A stretch of DNA of 64,000 bases from Nostoc sp. DedSLP01 (GCA_034530875.2 JAVRCJ020000031.1:1-64000); one strand, 5' to 3'. Positions 29,076 through 39,401 are shown, counted from the first letter of the stretch. The notes: generated by a model not told the origin, from the letters alone. Translations and numbers: made by a program.

Positions 29076-32000
29076 GTGCAAACTATCCGCATTCAACTTC
29101 GGGAAAGTACCCAGGAAACGGTTGAACTCAGGTATTGGCTACCTCAACAAAAGCACTATGAATCACGCCGCCTGAAATTAGCAGAAATCGCTAATTTCCT
29201 CCAGCAAGGAGAACGCGATTATTATAAACTGCTGCCTAATTTAAAGGGAATTGGGCAGCAATTATTTTTTTGGTTGGATGGCGAGGGACGGTGGTTGAGT
29301 CGAGGAATTGGTGAGTGTCGCGGTGAGGGGTTGGTAATTGCCATTGATACCGGGAAACAACTGGCGCATCTACCTTGGGAAGTGTTGCATGATGGTGGGG
29401 ATTTTTTGGTGAAGCGGGTTAACCCGGTGGTTTTGCCTGTGCGTTGGGTTGAGAAAGAAACGGCTGGGTTTCTCGTGGAAGCACGACAATTGCGCGTATT
29501 GTTTATGGCAACAGATCCAGAAGATGTGGAATCAAAGTTAGATTTTGAACAGGAAGAAGCGAAAATTCTGGCTGATACGCGAGATTTTGCTTTAGATTTG
29601 CGGGTGGAAGAAAGCGGCTGTGTTAGCGAGTTGGGTAAGGTGTGGAGTCGCTATCTTGAGGACTTTGATGTGTTTCACCTCGCAGGACACGCCTCAATTA
29701 AAGATGCAGCACCTTACACGCCTTACTTTATTACGGAGACGGAAATCGGGGAACGCCACGAAACTACAGCCGCAGAACTGGCTGAAGTCTTTCGGTTTCG
29801 CTTTCCCAAATTGGTGTTTTTATCTGGGTGTCGGACTGGACAAGCACCAGATAAAGGGGCTGTCCCTTCAATGGCTGAGGCACTTATTGCACAAGGGGCG
29901 AGGGCGGTTTTAAGTTGGGGGCGACTTGTGGAAGACCGGACAGCTACAGCCGCAGCCGCCCACCTCTACGGCAAATTGGCAGCAGGATATGAATTAGCCC
30001 AAGCACTCGCTAGCACTTACCAGCAGTTGTTTAAACAGAAAGTGCGTGACTGGCATTTGTTACGGTTATATGTCCAGGGCGAATGTCCGGGTGCGTTGGT
30101 GGATGTGTTGGGAGATGTGCCACCCTCTGCGCCGGAACCTGCTTATCAACAGTTTTTAGACCCCGATACCCAACAGGTGCGGGTGGCGAAACCGTCGGAG
30201 TTTGTTGGCAGACGGCGGAATTTGCAACGTTGTCTCAAAGCCATTCGCACTTCATTAGGGGTACTCATTCACGGAATCGGGGGTGTGGGTAAGAGTACGG
30301 TGACGGCACGACTATTAGAAAGGATGGTTGGGTATCACAGGCTGGTGATTTTTCGGCAACTGGATGAGGATAAATTGCTGAAAATTCTGGCTGAACAATG
30401 TACCTCGGAACGGGGGCATGAAATTCTCAATGGCAAGTTACCGTTGATGCAGTGCCTCACTAAGTTTTTCACCGAAGGACTCAATAGCAAAGAACAGCGC
30501 TTTGTTTTTGTGCTGGATGACTTTGAGGCAAATTTGGAATTACGCAATGGGGTTTATGTGTTGCAAGCACAAGTTGTGGAGGTAATGCTGGCGTTGCTGA
30601 AGGCGATGCAAAATTCCCAACTTCCCCACAAGGTAATTATTACCTGTCGCTACGATTTCCAATTGTCGGAACTGAATCATCGTCTGTACTGCGAACCTCT
30701 GGCGGCTTTGGCTGGGGCAGATTTAATTAAAAAGTATAATCGTCTGGATTCGTTTAATGGCAGTTGGCAATTTCAGCCAGATTTGCCCGAACGTGCTAAA
30801 CAAGCAGCAGATGGAAATCCTCGGCTGTTGGAATGGTTAGATAAGATTTTGCAAAATTCCCCGAAGTCGCCAGAAGCCGAGAGGGGAGTTGAGATGATTC
30901 TGCAAAAGATGGCAGATAAGGAAAAGGAATTTCGTGAGGATATTTTGGCACAGGTATTGCTGAAGCAGCAAACTCCAGCTTTGCGGAAGATGCTGGGGAA
31001 GTTGTTGGTGTATGAGTTACCTGTTCCTCAAGCTGCGATTTCCCCGATTTGTGAGGATATCTCAAGTTGGGAAAGTCATATTCAACGCGCTGAAATTTTG
31101 GGTTTGTTGGAAGTTACCCTCACTAACAACAAAGAGAGGTTGTATCGTGTTCCCCGGATTTTGTCACCGTTGCTAGAGTTTCCAGAAAACCCCAAGGGTG
31201 AAGAGTTGTATAAACAAGCTGCACAAATTTTGTATCGTCTGTGGTGGGAGGCAGGAACTGCTACGGAAGCACAAAAGTTAGAAATTCATCGCTTGGCGTT
31301 GCTGGGGAAGGATGAAGGAATTGCGGGGAAAATAGCTAGTTCATTAGCAAACTGCTTGCGTAATCAAAGTCGATTTCGAGAAGCAATACATCTGTGCAAA
31401 TCAACTTTAGAAATTACTAATAATCATAGTGTTCTCAAAGAAATTGCTTATTGTGAACACCAAATGGGTGAGGTTGATCGAGCATTAAACTATTACCAAC
31501 AAGCTTTAAATCTTTGTCCCGCAGAAGACGAACAAGAATTAGCATCAATTTATCATCATTTTGGAATGCTGAAAGCCGACAAAGGGGAAATGGATGAAGC
31601 GATCGCACTCTACGATCAGTCTTTGGAACTATGGGAACGCATTGGAGATGTCCAAGGCAAAGCGGCGACGTTGCAAGAACTGGGACGTATCTACGCCAAC
31701 AAAGGGGAAGTTGATGAAGCAATCGCACTCTACGATCAGTCTTTGGAACTATGGGAACGTATTGGAGATGTCCAAGGCAAAGCGGCGACGTTGCACAATC
31801 TGGGATATATCTACGCCAACAAAGGGGAAGTAGATCAAGCGATCGCACTGTACAATCAGTCTTTGGAAATAGAAGAATGCATTGGTAATGTTCAAGGCAA
31901 AGCGACGACGTTGCACAATCTAGGATATATCTACACCGACAAAGGGGAAGTGGATCAAGCGATCGCACTCTACAACCAGTCTTTGGAAATAAAAGAACGC

Positions 32001-32423
32001 ATTGGAGATGTCCAAGGCAAAGCGGCGACGTTGAACGATCTGGGATATATCTACGCCGACAAAGGGGAAGTGGATAAAGCGATCGCACTCTACAATCAGT
32101 CTTTGGAAATAAGTCAACGCATTGGAGATGTCCAAACCAAAGCGGCGACGTTGCACTGTCTGGGATATATGTACGCCAACAAAGGGGAAGTGGATAAAGC
32201 GATCAGACTCTACAATCAGTCTTTGGAAATAAGTCAACGCATTGGTGCTGTCCGAACTCAAGCAATGACTCTGCGGAGGTTAGGAGATTTGGCAGAACAG
32301 CAGGGTGAATACACTAAAGCGATATCCTATTTGCAACCAGCTTTAGAGATTTTGCAGCGATTGCAATCACCAGATGCTGAAGGTGTGCGTGCAAGTCTTG
32401 ATAGGCTAATGCGTAATTCGTAA
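29076..32423 (+). CDS. CHAT (caspase-like) protease - P-loop NTPase (STAND-like) - TPR protein
   Basis: LPWEVLH, HLAGHA and LSGCRTG dyad; FVGRR, GIGGVGKST and FVLDDFE; GNPRLL; C-terminal 40-aa TPR array. Confidence 0.85.
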   Translation: MQTIRIQLRESTQETVELRYWLPQQKHYESRRLKLAEIANFLQQGERDYYKLLPNLKGIGQQLFFWLDGEGRWLSRGIGECRGEGLVIAIDTGKQLAHLPWEVLHDGGDFLVKRVNPVVLPVRWVEKETAGFLVEARQLRVLFMATDPEDVESKLDFEQEEAKILADTRDFALDLRVEESGCVSELGKVWSRYLEDFDVFHLAGHASIKDAAPYTPYFITETEIGERHETTAAELAEVFRFRFPKLVFLSGCRTGQAPDKGAVPSMAEALIAQGARAVLSWGRLVEDRTATAAAAHLYGKLAAGYELAQALASTYQQLFKQKVRDWHLLRLYVQGECPGALVDVLGDVPPSAPEPAYQQFLDPDTQQVRVAKPSEFVGRRRNLQRCLKAIRTSLGVLIHGIGGVGKSTVTARLLERMVGYHRLVIFRQLDEDKLLKILAEQCTSERGHEILNGKLPLMQCLTKFFTEGLNSKEQRFVFVLDDFEANLELRNGVYVLQAQVVEVMLALLKAMQNSQLPHKVIITCRYDFQLSELNHRLYCEPLAALAGADLIKKYNRLDSFNGSWQFQPDLPERAKQAADGNPRLLEWLDKILQNSPKSPEAERGVEMILQKMADKEKEFREDILAQVLLKQQTPALRKMLGKLLVYELPVPQAAISPICEDISSWESHIQRAEILGLLEVTLTNNKERLYRVPRILSPLLEFPENPKGEELYKQAAQILYRLWWEAGTATEAQKLEIHRLALLGKDEGIAGKIASSLANCLRNQSRFREAIHLCKSTLEITNNHSVLKEIAYCEHQMGEVDRALNYYQQALNLCPAEDEQELASIYHHFGMLKADKGEMDEAIALYDQSLELWERIGDVQGKAATLQELGRIYANKGEVDEAIALYDQSLELWERIGDVQGKAATLHNLGYIYANKGEVDQAIALYNQSLEIEECIGNVQGKATTLHNLGYIYTDKGEVDQAIALYNQSLEIKERIGDVQGKAATLNDLGYIYADKGEVDKAIALYNQSLEISQRIGDVQTKAATLHCLGYMYANKGEVDKAIRLYNQSLEISQRIGAVRTQAMTLRRLGDLAEQQGEYTKAISYLQPALEILQRLQSPDAEGVRASLDRLMRNS
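31575..32250 (+). repeat. 120-bp tandem repeats (about 6 copies) encoding TPRs
   Basis: aaaggggaa at 31581, 31701, 31821, 31941, 32061 and 32181. Confidence 0.95.
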
Positions 32424-32444
32424 TTACAGCATCGAAAAATTTTC

Positions 32445-32471
32445 TATCTCACGTAAAGGCGCAAAGAAGAA
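32445..32471. repeat. Right arm of 27-bp inverted repeat
   Basis: tatctcacgtaaaggcgcaaagaagaa. Confidence 0.8.
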
Positions 32472-32473
32472 CA

Positions 32474-32584
32474 CTAGTACCGCTTCGCGTAATTCGTAAT
32501 TCGTAATTCATAATTCGTAATTACTGTTGCGTAAGGGTTTTAGGCATTTCAAATAGTATGTTTATTTCCGCCGTGCTGTACTAG
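32474..32584. mobile_element. MITE-like element with ctagtac...gtactag ends and internal (cgtaatt)n
   Basis: ctagtaccgc ... gctgtactag. Confidence 0.45.
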
Positions 32585-32617
32585 AGCGTTTTCTAAATAA
32601 ATTAAAATTGCTGTAAT

Positions 32618-32792
32618 GAGTCTTTGATACTCGTGAGCGAGTCTTTGATACTCGCGGACGAGTCTTTGATACTCGTGAATGAGTCTTTTATACTCGCGGA
32701 CGAGTCTTTTATACTCGCGCGAGAGTCTTTTATACTCGTGAATGAGCCTTTGATACTCGTGAGCGAGTCTTTTATACTCGTGGACGAGTCTT
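32618..32792. repeat. 21-bp tandem repeat, 8 copies plus a partial
   Basis: gagtcttt(g/t)atactcg plus 5 variable nt; minus frame encodes (SIKDSxx)n. Confidence 0.95.
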
Positions 32793-32899
32793 GGAACTTC
32801 ATTAATGAGTTTTTAAGCTATTCAGGTGAGAGAATCAGGATCTATGCCGAGCGATCGCAATCGTTCTAATTTATTTCCTTAATGAATTTTGATAACAAT

Positions 32900-33619
32900 T
32901 TAAATGAGAGAATCAGGATCTATGCCGAGCGATCGCAACCGTTCTCGTAATAATTGGGTTTCTTGCTGTGCTTGCTGAGCTTTTTGTTCTGCCTGCTGAG
33001 CTTTTTGTTCTGCAAGTTTTTCCTTTTCTTCTGGTGTTAAAAACCGTTGTCCTTGCTGGTTATACCAATATATCCACTCCCGTGGTATGCCTAGATAAGT
33101 TCCTCGTTCGATGCCAATTCCTAAACCTATTTCTGGCAACCAAACAGGATTACCATCATGTAATTCATAAGCATTGTTAACTAATTTGTAAACTTCTAAA
33201 GGTGTCTTGTCACAACGAAATGGGTTGTAAACTACATAATACAAAAACCCCAATTTTGCATACTCTACTTTCTTGCTTGAGTACTCACCTCGATCTATGT
33301 GAGATACCACCTCAAGTACTAATATAGGTAGTTTCTTTTCTTCCCAAAGCACATAACTGGGACGGAGATTTTCATCATAAAATCGCTTTACACCCAAACT
33401 CAAAAACGCATCTGGGACTATCGCTGGTAAATTTGGGTCATAATAAATACCCATGCGAATACCAAAAAACCAATCCATGCTATCTGCCCAAGTTATTGCT
33501 AATACGCTTCTGAGTAAATCAGGAATTGATTTTTGTAATTGATTATCTACTGGAGTATCGTCAGAGTCAGGTAGCTCTTTTGAAGAGGGCAAACGAGCTG
33601 ATGGATCGTAATTTACCAT
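32900..33619 (-). CDS. Uma2-family (DUF820) endonuclease-like protein
   Basis: LPDSDDTPVDN, IVPDAFL, LVLEVVS, K..EYAKLG and AEQKAQQ tail. Confidence 0.9.
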   Translation of the reverse strand: MVNYDPSARLPSSKELPDSDDTPVDNQLQKSIPDLLRSVLAITWADSMDWFFGIRMGIYYDPNLPAIVPDAFLSLGVKRFYDENLRPSYVLWEEKKLPILVLEVVSHIDRGEYSSKKVEYAKLGFLYYVVYNPFRCDKTPLEVYKLVNNAYELHDGNPVWLPEIGLGIGIERGTYLGIPREWIYWYNQQGQRFLTPEEKEKLAEQKAQQAEQKAQQAQQETQLLRERLRSLGIDPDSLI

Positions 33620-33677
33620 GATGGATTTACCGTTCCTCAGTTATGAGTACACCTTTATTTTATTAATGAATTGAACA

Positions 33678-33808
33678 GGGGGTAGGGTGTAGGGGGTCAA
33701 TTGGATGGGGATTCAAACCCCAACCCTCTTGTTGACACCGTAAAAGACGGTGGGGTCTTAAACCCAATTGCTCAGTAAGTGCGGGGTTGTTCCCCACACC
33801 CCACACCC
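33678..33808. repeat. Structured intergenic element with G-rich/C-rich complementary ends and internal hairpins
   Basis: gggtgtaggggg...ccccacaccccacaccc; internal ggggattcaaacccc, caccgt-aaaag-acggtg and gggtcttaaaccc. Confidence 0.5.
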
Positions 33809-33935
33809 AGGAGCGAAGCGAAGATTTATCACCCAAGATACTAGTATTTAGTTGCCAATGAAGGGATAATGTTTAGCGATCGCCGTTTTCGTAGGATGTG
33901 GCAAACCCTAGTTAGATTCTGATTCATCTTTGAAC

Positions 33936-35279
33936 ATGGCTGTTTCCGAAAATAGAGAAGCATTTATTCCCTATACTCGCAGTGATATTATCAAACTTTG
34001 TCTGCAAGACGGTCAGCTAAATCAAGCTGATGCCGAAAAATTTCAAGATTTCTGCAAAATCCTCGCTGCATACTATCATTTTCGCTTCCACAAAACCTTA
34101 GAAATCATTAAAGATAACTACATACCCTTTAACCCTAATGCAGATATTCAACCAATAATTCCACCAACATTTGACCAATATGATGACATGGAGTCGAAAG
34201 TAATTGAAGCCTTTCAGCATATTGTCGAAAGAGCTAATTATATTCTTTTACCTGAATCGATTGTCAAACGAGCGCTGGTCACTAAATGTCTAATTGAATT
34301 GAAAACTCAAGTGAATTTTGAGGATTTTGACCGCTTTCTCTGTTATTACCGGGGTGATAGTTCTAAAAATATTTCGGTGAAAAAGTTCTTCTTTTGGCGA
34401 CAAGAAAAGACAATTGAGATTTTTGAACGGATTGTTTTATTAGTCAAGTTCAAAGAAGCGGCTTACTTTCGTGCGAAGAAAGACAAGATTCAAGAATTAA
34501 AATTTATTCCTGGTAAGATGTATGTTTACTTCTACAAAAATATTCCCAAACTAGATGTTGAGTTAATTTTTCCCAATGTCAAAACAAGTATGACCTGGAA
34601 AGATCGGTTACTATTTGGAATTCCGGCAATTGGGGCGGCAATTCCTTTAATATTAAGAACATTGCCGAATTTATTATTGCTAGTCGCTGCAATTTTATTA
34701 GTACTAAATGTTACTTTTTTGGTTGAATCATTAAATGTAGAGTTGGAGAAAGTCACAAGTTTTATGCCCGTATTGGTGGCAACTTTATCATTAGCGATCG
34801 CTTTAGGTGGATTTGCCTTTAAGCAATATGATAGTTACAAAAATAAAAAAATTCAATTTCAAAAACTTGTGACTGATACTCTATTTTTCAAAAATTTAGC
34901 TAACAATAATAGTGTTTTTCAAATGTTTATTGAGTTGGCAGAAGAAGAAGAATGTAAGGAAATTATTTTGGCATACTATCACTTACTTACTAGCCCTACA
35001 CCATTAACTCCTGAAAAATTAGATTCTCGTATCGAAACTTGGATGGAAGATAAACTAGGGACAAAGATTAATTTTGATATTCAAGGGCCCCTAAGTAATC
35101 TAGAAGATATTCGCGGTCGAGTAATTCAAAATAGCGAAACAACAGACAATGTACCAGAAATCCCTTTACTAAACTACGACCATCAGGGAGCATGTCACGT
35201 TTTATCTTTGGATGATGCTAAAGCAGTGATTGATTATGTTTGGGATAATGCTTTTCGATATAACGGAATAATCTTGTAG
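33936..35279 (+). CDS. DUF3754/TMEM143-like membrane protein
   Basis: REAFIP, LKDNY-like, KNIPKLDVELIFP, two TM segments and AEEEECKEIILAYY. Confidence 0.75.
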   Translation: MAVSENREAFIPYTRSDIIKLCLQDGQLNQADAEKFQDFCKILAAYYHFRFHKTLEIIKDNYIPFNPNADIQPIIPPTFDQYDDMESKVIEAFQHIVERANYILLPESIVKRALVTKCLIELKTQVNFEDFDRFLCYYRGDSSKNISVKKFFFWRQEKTIEIFERIVLLVKFKEAAYFRAKKDKIQELKFIPGKMYVYFYKNIPKLDVELIFPNVKTSMTWKDRLLFGIPAIGAAIPLILRTLPNLLLLVAAILLVLNVTFLVESLNVELEKVTSFMPVLVATLSLAIALGGFAFKQYDSYKNKKIQFQKLVTDTLFFKNLANNNSVFQMFIELAEEEECKEIILAYYHLLTSPTPLTPEKLDSRIETWMEDKLGTKINFDIQGPLSNLEDIRGRVIQNSETTDNVPEIPLLNYDHQGACHVLSLDDAKAVIDYVWDNAFRYNGIIL

Positions 35280-35453
35280 ACTCTCAAGAAGCACTTGTTC
35301 AAACCCTTATCAAATCAAGCTTTTGATTAATGAAGTGTTTCTTTAATTCCTAGCGAGAGGGTTTAATATTTTCGTATTTGATACTCGCTAAATATCGAGA
35401 GGTTCAGATCCTCGACTTCTTGAAAAAATCGGGGATCTTTTGCTCCTTGAATA

Positions 35454-35762
35454 TTAGTTTTCTACTTGTTTGAGTTTTTCCAAAATTTCCTCAAGTGGTG
35501 ATTCACAACCCTCAGGGCAAAATTCTAAAGCAAGTCTAACTTTTCCCTTTTTCCATCCCTGAGTACTAAATTGTAAAACTTCACAGTTTAAACCTTGACT
35601 ATACAAATCTGCTTCATTTGTATTTTCTGCGCCAATATAATCCTTAATTGCTGTAATTAAATCGCGAACTTTAAAAGTTTTAGCAATATTTAGCTTATTA
35701 AAAGTGTCTGGTTCTATAGACACAACTTCATCATGATTTAGTCTCTCGAATCCATCTATCAT
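35454..35762 (-). CDS. KGK-domain protein
   Basis: GLNCEVL..GWKKGKVRLALEFCP. Confidence 0.85.
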   Translation of the reverse strand: MIDGFERLNHDEVVSIEPDTFNKLNIAKTFKVRDLITAIKDYIGAENTNEADLYSQGLNCEVLQFSTQGWKKGKVRLALEFCPEGCESPLEEILEKLKQVEN

Positions 35763-35917
35763 AAAAATCTCCTGTCACTAAATCTATCTCTTCCAAAGAT
35801 TTAGTAGCACATCCGAAATAAAATGATGATTTTGTAGATTTAGTGGCTGTAATAAATGAGAAATGCTAAGTGATAAGCAAAAAATACTTAACACTTAGCA
35901 CTATTTTGGTGACCTTT

Positions 35918-36997
35918 TTAGAAAAACCAACCGTAAGAATGCAAACCTTTACCCAAAAGATTTACACCGAGATAGCAAACCCAGACGACGACAAAGCCAG
36001 AGGCAGCTAAAATTGCGGGACGACGACCTTGCCAACCGCGAGTAATTCTCGCATGGAGATAGGCGGCGAACACTAACCAGGTGATTAATGCCCAAGTTTC
36101 TTTGGGATCCCAACTCCAATAGGAACCCCAGGCTTCGTTAGCCCAAACCCCACCGGCAATAATGCCAATTGTCAGCAGAGGAAATCCTAAGCCGATGATG
36201 CGATAGCTAATGTTGTCGAGGGTTTCGGCAAGGCTTAGGCGTTGCGGTGAAAGGGGTTCAGAATTTTGGATTTCGGATTTCGGATTTGCAATTTGGGTTG
36301 TTGTAACTAAACCCAATACAGCAGTGTTAGCGTTACCGTTACCGTTACCGTTGCTAGTACTTTCAAAACGAGCAAAGCCATTATTTTCTACAGGGGGTGC
36401 TGGTAGTTCAGAAACCAGTTCGGCTGCTTTGTGTAAGCGGTAGCCGTTGCTGCGATAGCCGCCAGTACCAACAGAACTGCCTTGTAGTTGGATGTTTTGG
36501 CCGCGAGTGACAATTAGAAAAGCGATCGCCAATAGCGAACCTACCATCAAAGCTGAATAGCTCAACATCATGACACTGACATGCATCATCAGCCAATTTG
36601 ACTTTAAAGCAGGTACTAGGGGTTCTGACATTTGCATTTGCGATGGTAGGGTCATCGTAGCAAAAGCCGTAATCCCCATTGCCACCGGAGCTGTCACAAC
36701 TCCAACTAAGCGGCTACGGCTACTATTTTCAGCAATCAGATGAACTGCGGTAATTCCCCAAGTCAAGAAAAACAAAGATTCATACAAATTGCTTAAAGGA
36801 AAGTAACCCGCTTCTATCCATCGTGCCCCTAACAGTGTAGCTATACACAAATTAGCGATCGCCATCCCAGCTGTCCCCAAAGCGGCTAGATAAGGCAGAT
36901 TCGGAAAAGCCGCGCCTCCCCAATACACCAGCATTGTCAGGAATAATACGGCAAAGGAAGCATTGTCCAGCCAGTTCTGGAGTACAACCAGATTCAT
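35918..36997 (-). CDS. ccsB: Cytochrome c biogenesis protein (system II CcsA/CcsB)
   Basis: [23 protein letters not shown] and [19 protein letters not shown]. Confidence 0.93.
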   Translation of the reverse strand: MNLVVLQNWLDNASFAVLFLTMLVYWGGAAFPNLPYLAALGTAGMAIANLCIATLLGARWIEAGYFPLSNLYESLFFLTWGITAVHLIAENSSRSRLVGVVTAPVAMGITAFATMTLPSQMQMSEPLVPALKSNWLMMHVSVMMLSYSALMVGSLLAIAFLIVTRGQNIQLQGSSVGTGGYRSNGYRLHKAAELVSELPAPPVENNGFARFESTSNGNGNGNANTAVLGLVTTTQIANPKSEIQNSEPLSPQRLSLAETLDNISYRIIGLGFPLLTIGIIAGGVWANEAWGSYWSWDPKETWALITWLVFAAYLHARITRGWQGRRPAILAASGFVVVWVCYLGVNLLGKGLHSYGWFF

Positions 36998-37176
36998 AAA
37001 GTCTTCTCTCCGTCGATTGATTATTTAAAATATCGATTCTGACTGTTTCGATCCTATCTGCATTAGAGGGGAATGGGGAATATGGTACGGAAAAGAGGAC
37101 ACGGGGACAAGGATAAAGAGAGGATGAAGAGAAAGACTATTACTTTAGTTGTTACCTTGTGTCCAGTTCCTACTCT

Positions 37177-38028
37177 CTACCGCCTTTGACATTGAGGGCA
37201 AAAGTGACTCGATCGCCCAGCAAGCTTAATCCGCATAATAGGCGTATCACAAACTCGACAGGGTTCTCCAGCGCGGTTATAAACCCAGGCTACGCCTCCA
37301 TAGTTGCCATTGACACCCTTAACATTAAGAAAATTACTAAAAGTCGTACCACCAGCTTCAATGCTGGTTTCTAAAACTTGAATTATCGCTGTTCGTAAAT
37401 CGTCAATTTGCTTGAGTTCTAAATCAGTACACAAAGTTTCTGGTACGATTCCACTTTTAAATAAGGCTTCATCAGCGTAAATATTACCTAATCCCGCTAC
37501 CACGGACTGATCGAGTAGCGCAGTCTTAATAGGACGGCGGCGTTTGTGGAGTTTACTTGCTAGATAGTCAACGGTGAATTCCGGTGAAAATGGGTCTGCT
37601 GCCAATTTTGCTAAACCCGTTATAATACTTTCTACCGCAACGCCAGGTGGAACCCACCACATTTGTCCGAAAGTACGCTGATCTACAAACCGTAATTCTT
37701 GGCGATCCCCGAAGAATAATCTGACTCGCGTGTGCTTGTGTAATGGTTCATCTCGATCCACCCACAATAGTTGACCGGTCATTCGCAGATGAACCCCTAG
37801 CCAACTGGTTGAGGAGGGAGATGAAGCGATGAGTTCAGCTAGCAAATACTTGCCGCGACGATGCCAAATAGCGATGGCATTATTTTTCATCCCATCAACA
37901 AACTCGCCGACAGAAAACGGGTAGGCGATGGTGCGATCGAGCAACACATCTCCACCCGTAATTTTTTGGTTGAGGGTCAATTGATTTAGACCCCTCCGTA
38001 CTGTTTCAACTTCAGGCAGTTCAGGCAT
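37177..38028 (-). CDS. mutM: Formamidopyrimidine-DNA glycosylase
   Basis: MPELPEVETV, RRGKYL, HLRMTG, GLGNIYADE and C-terminal Zn finger. Confidence 0.97.
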   Translation of the reverse strand: MPELPEVETVRRGLNQLTLNQKITGGDVLLDRTIAYPFSVGEFVDGMKNNAIAIWHRRGKYLLAELIASSPSSTSWLGVHLRMTGQLLWVDRDEPLHKHTRVRLFFGDRQELRFVDQRTFGQMWWVPPGVAVESIITGLAKLAADPFSPEFTVDYLASKLHKRRRPIKTALLDQSVVAGLGNIYADEALFKSGIVPETLCTDLELKQIDDLRTAIIQVLETSIEAGGTTFSNFLNVKGVNGNYGGVAWVYNRAGEPCRVCDTPIMRIKLAGRSSHFCPQCQRR

Positions 38029-38280
38029 TCAAGCTGATTAAGCAAGCAAATTTTAGTGTATTCGGGGACTAAGGAATTCAGAGATTACCTACTCTGTAAA
38101 GACCTATAGGTGGCTTTACGATTCTACTGAAAAGAAACCGTAAATACCCGCAGGGCGCCTTCTCATAGATAGAGTAGGCTTAGAGCAAGGATGAAACAGC
38201 TGAAAGTTTCATATTTCAGAGTTCATACTTGAGACTTCCCTTCATCATCCCATTAAACAGTCCCCTTGTGGGTTTGCTGC

Positions 38281-38493
38281 TTATTTTTTCGCTTTAGCCT
38301 TTGGTGCTTCGACTTCTAATAGTTCGTCTGCGGCAAAATTGTTGGTATTGATACCAGCGTAATTTACCTTTTCAAAACGGACAATTACTGGGTATTTGAT
38401 GCCGCTTTGATCGACGGAAGCCACGGTTCCTACATCTTGAAACCAGTAGGATTCAGGGCGGAGAATACGTACTTTAGAGCCACGTTGAACCAT
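38281..38493 (-). CDS. psaE: Photosystem I subunit IV
   Basis: [14 protein letters not shown]...[12 protein letters not shown]. Confidence 0.97.
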   Translation of the reverse strand: MVQRGSKVRILRPESYWFQDVGTVASVDQSGIKYPVIVRFEKVNYAGINTNNFAADELLEVEAPKAKAKK

Positions 38494-38801
38494 GATTATT
38501 TCCCTTTTAGTTAATCAATTGCCAATTTAGAGGGCTAATTGATTTCACTCTACAACCTGAAGGTCGCAGCAAGAGGCTTTGTTAAGTTATTTGTCTGAAT
38601 TTAGGTGTAGGGAATGGGGCAGAGCGGATGGGGAGGTGTGGGAGGTGTGGGAGGTGTGGGGAGAATAATAACTCCTAACTCACCAGTCACCAGTGCCCAG
38701 TCACCGATCCCCAGTCACCAGTTCAAAATAGTGTCTAAGTTTTCTTGACAAAGGTTCCATGATGATGTAACTTCGTTCGCAAACAGTACTTTTGCATAAG
38801 C

Positions 38802-39401
38802 TTATGTTTTACTCAATACGAACACACTTCCCTCATTACCCCTACCGATCCGCAGATCGTTATCTATATAAGTAATATCTAACCAGCCTTGCTGTTGATT
38901 TCTATTTAAAGTAATATCAATCCCGGGAAATTTTCTACCAGCTTCAATTTGTTGGATAAAAGTTACCGGAGAATTGTATTCTATTAAACGTTGTAAGCCG
39001 ATAATAGATCTCTCAAAATTTACTTGGACGCGCCTGGCTGAAACTGGTTCAAATTTTGCAGCAACACTGACTAATCCTTCTAAATAAGGTAAGCCGTAAA
39101 TCTCTGCTATGTTGTAAACGCTGGTAGTTTCTACCCGAATACACTGATAAATTTGACCTAGTTTGCACAAAGGTAGACGATCTAAATTTAAAAGACCCGA
39201 ACTTGTGGTGTATAGCAATCGCCAATCGCCATCTAGTAAGTCTTTAGCTTCCAGCGGACGTGGTGTAGGGTTAAAGCCTTCTAAGTTCGCGATCGCTGCT
39301 AAGATAGCCTGTTTCTGTTGTTCAGTCGCCAATAAACCGCGATTTGTACCAGCGATCGCATCAATAAGAGCCGCTTTTCCGATCATCGCCTGTGACCTCA
39401 A
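38802..39401 (-). CDS. PAP/fibrillin family protein
   Basis: NRGLLA, NPTP, GDWRLLYTT and GWLDITYIDNDLRIGRGNEGSVFVL. Confidence 0.9.
   Translation of the reverse strand: MRSQAMIGKAALIDAIAGTNRGLLATEQQKQAILAAIANLEGFNPTPRPLEAKDLLDGDWRLLYTTSSGLLNLDRLPLCKLGQIYQCIRVETTSVYNIAEIYGLPYLEGLVSVAAKFEPVSARRVQVNFERSIIGLQRLIEYNSPVTFIQQIEAGRKFPGIDITLNRNQQQGWLDITYIDNDLRIGRGNEGSVFVLSKT

Noticed and set aside
32618..32792. Possible CRISPR array
   Set aside because: Period is only 21 nt, the variable part is 5 nt and reused, and no cas genes are present
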